From positions 1 to 14,085 of the forward strand of contig JAYEKO010000053.1 of NCBI GenBank assembly GCA_034661055.1: DNA of 14,085 nucleotides, read 5' to 3'. The position numbers and the translations under genes are program-made. A model generated the notes under the pieces. It saw only the letters and a program-made list of their open reading frames with translations, was not told the DNA's origin and did not search any database. This DNA comes from Campylobacterota bacterium. Lineage in GTDB: Bacteria; Campylobacterota; Campylobacteria; Campylobacterales; Sulfurimonadaceae. Below are positions 7,524-14,085 of this stretch, piece after piece. How positions within the stretch are numbered: position 1 is the stretch's first letter; each line of letters opens with the position of its first letter.

Positions 7524-8774
7524 TTACTCTTTCTCATCAATTAAGTAGGTCTTAGCTATTTTAGAACGCGAGGCTAGCTCCTGCACTGTTGAGGAGATGT
7601 CATTTTGAGCAAGATGGTACTGCTCATAAAGTTTCTCTAGTGTCATGTCTATTTTACTATTTAATGCAATAGAGAGCTTTTCAAGCTCTCTATTTCTACG
7701 CTCTATATCTTCATCTTTTGTACGGACTAACTGCTTAGAAAACTCATTAATCTCACTCTTTATGCTTAGTGACTCTTGTTCAAGTCGATTTACATGTTGT
7801 GCAAGCTTATCGATGTGAATGTTGATATCACTCATCTGTTGCGTACTACTGTAGATATGATCCATCTTTTTAGAGACTAAGACCATCTGCTGCACTAATA
7901 CTTCACTCTGCTCTTTTAAGTTAGACAAAAGCGACTCATTCTCATTAATACTAGTTGAAAGTGTTTCACTTTGAGAGTGCAAACGGTGCAGATAAGACTC
8001 ATACTCATTAAAAGTAGATTTAAGATTAGTACTCGTTTTTTCTACAATTTTATTAGCAACATCACTACTAGAGTGTTGCAAAGAGCTAATACTGCTGTGC
8101 ATACCATTTAAAGTCTCATTTAAATTGCATTTTTGATTTTCATTTGAATCTAATGCACTCTTTATTTTGTTAAAATGGTCTTGTTCTGCAATACGAAGCA
8201 TCTCAATATGACGATGAATAATATCATCAAATTCAGGCATTTTTATGTCAGAAAACTCTTCAAATTTTTTAACACCATCTTGTTGACGATTCATGATATC
8301 TTCAAACTTATGTATAAAAAGTTTTTGATTATCCTGAATTACATGTAGTGCTGAAATGTCTTCTTTAAACACTGATCTAACGCTCTCAAAAGAGTTATCA
8401 TCACTACTATTTAAGGTTGCAATTTTCTCATTTAGGTAAATAACTTCATCTTTGACTACTCTCATATCTTGCAAAAACTGTTTGCGTAGCACTACCTCTT
8501 CAAGAACAGCACTGCTATGCTGTGTCTGATTTAAAATATTGAGTATAAAGTACATCAGAAGACTTACAAAAATAGGAATTGCAGACTCACGTAAAAGCAG
8601 AATCACATCCTCACTATGAGGATGTAACATTAAGTGAATTAAACTGCCACCAACACCAATAACAATAAGAAGTGGTGCGTAGTTGATTTTAGATGGCTGC
8701 TTGTAGATAGCAAACTGTCTTAGAAAAAGAAGGGACAATAACACTAATATTACAATCATCTCAATATCAAACAT
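7524..8774 (-). CDS. Hypothetical membrane protein: three N-terminal TM helices plus a long predicted coiled coil
   Basis: 416 aa ORF with a GGAG RBS upstream. Three hydrophobic segments lie in the first ~82 aa, followed by a heptad-like region rich in Q/E/K/S/L. Confidence 0.8.
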   Translation of the reverse strand: MFDIEMIVILVLLSLLFLRQFAIYKQPSKINYAPLLIVIGVGGSLIHLMLHPHSEDVILLLRESAIPIFVSLLMYFILNILNQTQHSSAVLEEVVLRKQFLQDMRVVKDEVIYLNEKIATLNSSDDNSFESVRSVFKEDISALHVIQDNQKLFIHKFEDIMNRQQDGVKKFEEFSDIKMPEFDDIIHRHIEMLRIAEQDHFNKIKSALDSNENQKCNLNETLNGMHSSISSLQHSSSDVANKIVEKTSTNLKSTFNEYESYLHRLHSQSETLSTSINENESLLSNLKEQSEVLVQQMVLVSKKMDHIYSSTQQMSDINIHIDKLAQHVNRLEQESLSIKSEINEFSKQLVRTKDEDIERRNRELEKLSIALNSKIDMTLEKLYEQYHLAQNDISSTVQELASRSKIAKTYLIDEKE

Positions 8775-8816
8775 TTTTATGCTCCACTATTTTAATTATG
8801 GTCGGGCACTTATCTT

Positions 8817-8830
8817 ATGGGCACCTCTAA
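8817..8830 (+). repeat. Intergenic 14-mer ATGGGCACCTCTAA, copy 2
   Basis: 13/14 identical to 149-162. A second GGGCAC lies 15 bp to its left at 8804-8809. Confidence 0.5.
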
Positions 8831-8843
8831 AAGCTTTAATTGA

Positions 8844-8852
8844 ATTGTATCA
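8844..8852 (-). promoter_or_regulatory. Candidate extended -10 promoter (TGnTACAAT) for the 416 aa gene
   Basis: TGATACAAT on the minus strand in the intergenic gap. The identical 9-mer precedes the SOR-like gene at 13718-13726. Confidence 0.45.
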
Positions 8853-8855
8853 TAA

Positions 8856-9506
8856 CTATAAATATCGTCTAGAAACTGCACTAATAATATCACCTACATG
8901 TTTTGGATGCTCTGCGCTATGCATCCCTTCCCCATCTCTACTAAAACCCCAACGTGCAAAAATTGAGTCTATCTGTGCATTCTTGGCACTAAGCATGTCT
9001 TTTGAATTATCACCAATCATCCATGCTGCATCTATATTATCATTAAAATTATAGTGTTCTAAAATGGTCTTTAGCATCTGCGCATCTGGCTTAGGAGCTT
9101 CAACCATATCGGCACCTATAATATGATCAAAAAAGTCATCTACATGTAAATAAGTAAGCATTCTTCTTGCAAATATTGAAGGGGCATTGGTTGCCACTGA
9201 AAGTTTGACATCATTAACTCTTAGCAGTTCTAGCATCTCAATAACTCCATCATAAAGTCTTACATTCTGAATACACTGATCGTAGTAGTGTTCCTCAAAA
9301 AGCTCCTGTGCACCCTCTTCATAAAGTTCTGTCTCATAAAACAGCTTTGCTAAGTTACGCTTAGGAGCATTGATAGCATCGACAATGTACTTTACTGAGA
9401 GGGGTTTTAAAGAGTAGATTTCATCTCTTACATGATTAACAGAGTGTGTAATATCAGATCCTGAGTCAATCAGGGTACCGTCCATGTCAAAAATAGCTAT
9501 TTTCAT
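8856..9506 (-). CDS. HAD-superfamily hydrolase (phosphoglycolate phosphatase-like)
   Basis: Motif I FDMDGTLIDS, motif II VATN, motif III KPDA, motif IV MIGDNSKD. Start overlaps the hemH stop (ATGA). Confidence 0.88.
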   Translation of the reverse strand: MKIAIFDMDGTLIDSGSDITHSVNHVRDEIYSLKPLSVKYIVDAINAPKRNLAKLFYETELYEEGAQELFEEHYYDQCIQNVRLYDGVIEMLELLRVNDVKLSVATNAPSIFARRMLTYLHVDDFFDHIIGADMVEAPKPDAQMLKTILEHYNFNDNIDAAWMIGDNSKDMLSAKNAQIDSIFARWGFSRDGEGMHSAEHPKHVGDIISAVSRRYL

Positions 9507-10453
9507 GCATCCATCTTCTCATAGATATCATAAAGAGCATCGACAAAAAGAGTGTCGTCATTAAGACATTTACAGACACGATACTCACTAAAGCCCTGCT
9601 CTTGTGCCACCTCTTCATATTCAACACCAAGTTCAAAGTCCGTTTCAGAGTTATCTACTGTAAACGCAATAGGATAGATCACTACTTTTTTATTAAGCAT
9701 TGACTTTAATGTTGAATCTAGTGCCGGTTCTAACCATTTCATTGGTCCAATTTTAGACTGATAGGCAAGATGTACGGCATTGAACTTCACCCCCTGAGTG
9801 CGTAACTCTTCTTGAATAAGAGCAACATGACGACGTACATGTCTTTCGTAAGGATCCCCTGCATCAACAATTTTTTGAGGCAGTCCGTGAGCTGAGAAGA
9901 TCAGGTCAAATGAGTCGCTCTCATCATCACTTACTGTCTCACGTATGCTGTTTACAATAGCCTTATTTAAAAGAATATTTTCAAAATAGTGTTTTGTCTC
10001 AACTAAGATAGCATCCAGACCACTGCGTTGCAGTGCTTCTTCAAAGTCTTCTAATGAAGATTTTGTTGTTGTTGTTGAGTACTGCGGATATAGCGGTAAT
10101 AAAAAGATTTTTTCAACATTAAGAGCCTTTAGCTTTTCAACCACATCGCTAGCAAATGGTGGCGTATAACGCATTACAAAATCTACATAAGTATTTTCAT
10201 CAAAACGCTGCTGTAGTGATGAAACCAGCTTTTTTGTATGTCCGACAATAGGTGATTTTCCACCAAGCTGAGAATAGATCTCCTGTGCCGATTCTGTACG
10301 ACTAAAGGTAATCATACTGCCGACAAACTTACGCAACAGTGCACTCTTCATTGTTAAAATATTGGGGTCATCAAACATATTTGTTAAAAACATCTCAACT
10401 TCATTAAGATTGTTGGGACCACCCATATTAAGTAATATAACTGCTTGTTTCAT
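9503..10453 (-). CDS. hemH: Ferrochelatase
   Basis: LLNMGGP, GGKSP, MRYTPP, PLYPQYSTTT, FSAHGLP, GDPY, YQSKIGPMKWLEP, FTVDNSET and CLND. Confidence 0.96.
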   Translation of the reverse strand: MKQAVILLNMGGPNNLNEVEMFLTNMFDDPNILTMKSALLRKFVGSMITFSRTESAQEIYSQLGGKSPIVGHTKKLVSSLQQRFDENTYVDFVMRYTPPFASDVVEKLKALNVEKIFLLPLYPQYSTTTTKSSLEDFEEALQRSGLDAILVETKHYFENILLNKAIVNSIRETVSDDESDSFDLIFSAHGLPQKIVDAGDPYERHVRRHVALIQEELRTQGVKFNAVHLAYQSKIGPMKWLEPALDSTLKSMLNKKVVIYPIAFTVDNSETDFELGVEYEEVAQEQGFSEYRVCKCLNDDTLFVDALYDIYEKMDA

Positions 10454-10454
10454 T

Positions 10455-11582
10455 CTATAAAAATTCCTTTTTTATATAGCGGCGTAAAAAACGCGATGGA
10501 AGTAATCTAGTGTCAATTACTTCATTAGATACAATGTGATCACAGAGAATCTGAGCTAAATAAGGCCCTAAAACAAAGCCATATCCACCGACACCATTTA
10601 TTGTGTATAGATTATTAAAGTACTCATATTCATCCGCATTGTACTTCTTTCCCCTTAAAATTTCAGGAAGTTTTTCAACTGTTTTTTTAGCATCAACTAC
10701 CGCTCCAACAAGTGGAAGGTGATCAATTGAGGCAGAACGCATACCAATATGATCTTCTAACACTTCAATATCTTTAAGAGCAATGCTCTTCTGCGCTCTT
10801 TGAAGTAACTCAGCACGTCCTGCTTCATAGTCATAAGCGACATCAGATTCAAGTAGATTATAGTGAACGTCATGCGTTGCACCGATGGCAATAATGTCAT
10901 CATCGATTGACTTAGATATAGAGACAAATTGATGAATATTAACAGGGTTGTGGGTAGAGGTCTTAATATTTATACGATGACCAAAAATGGCACGTGGAGT
11001 AAAATAAGGCATATTCACAAGATGTTTGTGAGCACCCGTAGTCAAGATAACTTTTTTAGCTTCAATACCTTCAACATCATAGAGGCCATTTTCATAACGT
11101 ACTGAATTTACATGTAATTTAAAAAAGGTTGCATCTTTAGCCAACCCTTGACAGACTTTATGTGAATCTACAAGAGCACACTCTTTTAAAGTAATATGTT
11201 CAAACTCTTTGGCGTAGGGAGTTAAGAGATTAAAACACTCTTCATTGGTATTTGCTTGCGTAAAAGTGGTATGTTCTTTAAAGTACTTAACACGGTCATT
11301 TGACAGCTCACTATTGGCAAGATGTAGCAGCTCTGAGAACTTTGTAGCATCACTAAAGTGTTCTTTATAAAACTGCATTGCGTAGGTAAATGCAGCCTCA
11401 CTTACATCTTTTACCGGACCACTTTTAACAAATTTTGGAGAGACAAAGGCACCGGCAGCTCCACTACCACCAGCAGCAATACCACTCTCATCTATAAGAG
11501 CAACGCTAAGTCCCGATTGGGTTAGGAAGTAAGCACTGCTACAGCCGCTAATTCCTGCACCTATTATGGCAATATCAAACAC
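10455..11582 (-). CDS. FAD-dependent oxidoreductase (DAO family), resembling the C-terminal oxidase domain of MnmC
   Basis: N-terminal Rossmann motif IIGAGISG, AAGGSGAAGA, IGATHD, GMRSASIDHLPLVG and NGVGGYGFVLGPYLA. GTG start overlaps the glyS stop by 8 bp. Confidence 0.8.
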   Translation of the reverse strand: MFDIAIIGAGISGCSSAYFLTQSGLSVALIDESGIAAGGSGAAGAFVSPKFVKSGPVKDVSEAAFTYAMQFYKEHFSDATKFSELLHLANSELSNDRVKYFKEHTTFTQANTNEECFNLLTPYAKEFEHITLKECALVDSHKVCQGLAKDATFFKLHVNSVRYENGLYDVEGIEAKKVILTTGAHKHLVNMPYFTPRAIFGHRINIKTSTHNPVNIHQFVSISKSIDDDIIAIGATHDVHYNLLESDVAYDYEAGRAELLQRAQKSIALKDIEVLEDHIGMRSASIDHLPLVGAVVDAKKTVEKLPEILRGKKYNADEYEYFNNLYTINGVGGYGFVLGPYLAQILCDHIVSNEVIDTRLLPSRFLRRYIKKEFL

Positions 11583-13593
11583 TTATCTCTTTAATGTCTG
11601 CAATGTTTAATAGGGCTTTGTAAATACTGCCAACTAATGATTTTCGATTAGTCTTGAGTTCTTCATCTTCGGCGTTGACCATAACATTGTCAAAGAAACT
11701 GTCAAGTTCTGGTTTGAGTGAAAAAAGCGCATCTAATTCTGCTTCGTATGAATTATAAAATTCTTTTTGCTGCTGTGTAAATACGTCATACAGTTGCCTC
11801 TCAGCATCTTCACTTAAAAGGTCTGTATCTACATAGAGGTCATGAGTAACATCAAAATCTTTAGTAATGTTTGCTACACGCTTAAAGGTTGAGAATACAC
11901 TAGAGAAGTTTTCAGCTTTTGCGATGTTGTTAACTGCTTCTATTTTTGCATCAATAGCAAGAAGTTCACGCTCTCCTGTGCTAAGAACTGCACTTATAAC
12001 AGAAGGATTTACTTTATAAAACTTGTTAATACGCTCTACAAAAAACTGCTCTAGTTTAACAAAGTCAATTGCATTATAGTTACTTCCTAACTCTTTAAGT
12101 GTTGCGACAATATCAAAAGATAGTTTATGCTCTTTGGTAATGCGAATAATTCCATTAACTGCTCGACGAAGCGCAAATGGATCTCGTGTGCCAGTTGGAA
12201 TCTGATTAACACTAAACAAACCTAAAAGTGTATCTAGTTTAATTGACATTGCCACAACGGCACTAAGTTTACTTGAGGGAAGGACACTCTCTTCACCATC
12301 TGGAAGGTACTGCTCTTTTATGGCAGTAGCAACAGCACTGTTCTCACCCGCTTCTATGGCGTAGTAATATCCCATTAGACCTTGAAGCTCTGTAAATTCA
12401 TACACCATCTCACTCATCAGGTCTGCTTTTGCCAAGGTTATAGCACTATTTAGGTCCTCAATCTCGCTAGCATCCAAATAACGCTGAGCCAAGATATTAG
12501 CAATGCTCTTTTCGCGCTCAATTTTATCCATTAGTGAGCCTAGTCCATTAATAAAGACTACTTTTTCCAGGCCATTCGTACTTAATCCATCACGCAGGTC
12601 GTTGTCATAGAAGAAGAGTCCATCAGCAAGGCGAGGACGTAGTACTTTTTCATTTCCTTCAACTACTTTTGTAAAATCATCAGTTAAAGCGTTGCTTACA
12701 ACTACAAACTTATTAATAAGCTTACCATCTTTAAAGACTGGAAAATAGCGCTGATGCTCTTTCATTGAAGTAATGATAACCTCAGGAGGAAGACGCAAAA
12801 ACTCCTCATCAAAGCCACCCACTAAAGCGGTAGGATGCTCTGTAATAGCAACAACCTCTGCAAGAAGATCTTCATCAATCTCAATAGTTATCCCTTGCTC
12901 AGCTTCTAGTTTAGAAAATTGGCTCAATATTGTCTCTCTACGCTCACTCTGATAGAGTGTTACACCACCCTCTTTAAGAAGATCAAAGTAACCATGCATA
13001 TCAGCAATATTTTGCTCATCATAAGCGTGCATACGATGAACCAAAGTAGTAGGCTTAGAAGTGACATTAAAAAGCGTCATATCAATGCTTTGGCTATTGA
13101 GCATTACATTAATCCAACGAATTGGACGAATAAAGCTCTCGCTCATACTTCCCCAACGCATACTTTTTCCAAAAGAGAGACTCTTAATCCACGTCTCAAT
13201 CATGACACCTAATAACTCAGATGACTCTTTACCACTAATCTCTTTTTTATAGTAAAGTACCTCTTTACCATTTTTCTCAGATCGACCTACTTCTTCCAAG
13301 CTTACACCGCATTTTCTTGCAAAACCTTCAGCTGCCTTAGTTGCAACACCATCTTTAAAGGCCACAGCAACAGGTGCACCAAAAAACTCTTCTACAGAGT
13401 CTGGCTGCTTAAGCATAAATTCATTGTGCCACAAGACTAAACGACGAGGTGTGTAGTAAAATTCAAATTCACACCCAAGTGCATTCTCTTCTAAAATGGA
13501 TAACCATTTTTTTTCAATATTTTTCAGTTCTTTTAACAGAGGTAGTGCCGGTAGCTCTTCAACACCGATCTCAATAAGTAGAGGTTTTACCAT
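11575..13593 (-). CDS. glyS: Glycine--tRNA ligase beta subunit
   Basis: LLIEIGVEELP, TPRRL, KSMRWG, FIRPIRW, MKEHQRYFP, GNEKVLRPRLADGLFF, KADLMSEMVYEFTELQGLMGYYYA, DPFALRR, KRVANI and FFDNVMVN. Confidence 0.97.
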   Translation of the reverse strand: MVKPLLIEIGVEELPALPLLKELKNIEKKWLSILEENALGCEFEFYYTPRRLVLWHNEFMLKQPDSVEEFFGAPVAVAFKDGVATKAAEGFARKCGVSLEEVGRSEKNGKEVLYYKKEISGKESSELLGVMIETWIKSLSFGKSMRWGSMSESFIRPIRWINVMLNSQSIDMTLFNVTSKPTTLVHRMHAYDEQNIADMHGYFDLLKEGGVTLYQSERRETILSQFSKLEAEQGITIEIDEDLLAEVVAITEHPTALVGGFDEEFLRLPPEVIITSMKEHQRYFPVFKDGKLINKFVVVSNALTDDFTKVVEGNEKVLRPRLADGLFFYDNDLRDGLSTNGLEKVVFINGLGSLMDKIEREKSIANILAQRYLDASEIEDLNSAITLAKADLMSEMVYEFTELQGLMGYYYAIEAGENSAVATAIKEQYLPDGEESVLPSSKLSAVVAMSIKLDTLLGLFSVNQIPTGTRDPFALRRAVNGIIRITKEHKLSFDIVATLKELGSNYNAIDFVKLEQFFVERINKFYKVNPSVISAVLSTGERELLAIDAKIEAVNNIAKAENFSSVFSTFKRVANITKDFDVTHDLYVDTDLLSEDAERQLYDVFTQQQKEFYNSYEAELDALFSLKPELDSFFDNVMVNAEDEELKTNRKSLVGSIYKALLNIADIKEISV

Positions 13594-13623
13594 TAATATG
13601 TTCCATATTATATTTTTAACGCG

Positions 13624-13629
13624 ATTTTA
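13624..13629 (-). promoter_or_regulatory. Candidate -10 box (TAAAAT) of the glyS operon
   Basis: TAAAAT on the minus strand about 30 bp upstream of the glyS ATG, followed by CGCG, which resembles a GC-rich discriminator. Confidence 0.4.
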
Positions 13630-13717
13630 TCTCTATTATGGTTAAAAAGTTCTTTACTGAATAAAATCTTAAATAAGATAAATATACTCTTCTTTATGTT
13701 TAATTAAAAGTAAGGAC

Positions 13718-13747
13718 TGATACAATACCAATAATTAAACCAAAGGA
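13718..13747 (+). promoter_or_regulatory. Extended -10 promoter (TGATACAAT, 13718-13726) and RBS (AAGGA, 13743-13747) of the SOR-like gene
   Basis: TGnTACAAT lies 26 bp before the ATG and AAGGA 5 bp before the ATG at 13753. Confidence 0.55.
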
Positions 13748-13752
13748 TACAC

Positions 13753-14085
13753 ATGCCAAAGATTAACAAATACGTAGATATTGACACAGTAGAGCGCGAA
13801 GCTAAAAAAGATTTAATTGACCGTCACTCACCATTTATTACAGTTTTAAGTGATGCTAAACAGGGCGAGATGCTCTCTGTAAATGTAAAAATGGGCAACG
13901 AATATACTCACCCAGATGATTTTGACCACTACATTGAAAGCATTACACTGTTTAATGGGGAGACAAAGCTAGCAATGGCTACATTTGTTCCAGGTACTCT
14001 TGGAAATGAGAAGTCTCACTGTGAAGTAACATTCAATATCCGTCCAATGGGTAAAAAACTCAACCTAGTTGCACACGGCTACTGT
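13753..14085 (+). CDS. Superoxide reductase-like protein (1Fe/neelaredoxin-type, class II SORL domain), truncated at the window end
   Basis: Not in the ORF track. Manual translation gives MPKINKYVDIDTVEREAKKDLIDRHSPFITVLSDAKQGEMLSVNVKMGNEYTHPDDFDHYIESITLFNGETKLAMATFVPGTLGNEKSHCEVTFNIRPMGKKLNLVAHGYC. The HxP, HP....HYI and YC motifs match the SOR His4-Cys iron site, with the last His expected beyond the edge. There is no N-terminal Cys4 desulforedoxin domain. Confidence 0.88.
   Translation, partial: MPKINKYVDIDTVEREAKKDLIDRHSPFITVLSDAKQGEMLSVNVKMGNEYTHPDDFDHYIESITLFNGETKLAMATFVPGTLGNEKSHCEVTFNIRPMGKKLNLVAHGYC

Noticed and set aside
7524..8774. Zorya (ZorA) or methyl-accepting chemotaxis protein call for the 416 aa ORF
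   Set aside because: No ZorB/MotB partner is adjacent, the TM similarity is only vague, and the MCP LLALNAAIEAARAG hairpin motif is absent.
8779..9054. 91 aa + ORF
   Set aside because: Largely antisense to the HAD gene, with no RBS or motif support.
10062..10077. (TTG)n microsatellite in hemH
   Set aside because: It encodes the conserved Thr run of PQYSTTTT, so it is not a contingency locus.
12919..13252. 97 aa and 63 aa + ORFs
   Set aside because: Antisense to glyS.
11575..13593. glyS without an adjacent glyQ
   Set aside because: Unlinked glyQ and glyS are ordinary in Campylobacterota.
1..14085. CRISPR array, tRNA/rRNA, riboswitch, transposase or prophage genes
   Set aside because: No regularly spaced repeats or such motifs were seen. 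All intergenic gaps are under about 160 bp and AT-rich.

Overview
AT-rich bacterial chromosomal window whose proteins and promoter style suggest Campylobacterota, most like Sulfurimonas (inference from sequence style, not a database result). On the + strand are the 3' end of an upstream ORF, a FieF/YiiP-type CDF metal exporter and, at the right edge, the 5' part of a superoxide-reductase-like gene missing from the ORF track. A long minus-strand run encodes glyS, a stand-alone MnmC-like FAD oxidoreductase, hemH, a HAD phosphatase, a 3-TM coiled-coil hypothetical protein, a di-haem cytochrome c peroxidase-family protein, a membrane DAHL-like/PAS/GGDEF/EAL c-di-GMP enzyme, two SAM methyltransferases and a YgiQ radical SAM protein. 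The best candidate for an uncharacterised system is the peroxidase-family gene (distal His replaced by Val) lying 5 bp upstream of the transmembrane c-di-GMP enzyme, a possible periplasmic haem/redox sensor coupled to c-di-GMP signalling. No RNA genes, CRISPR arrays or transposases were seen.
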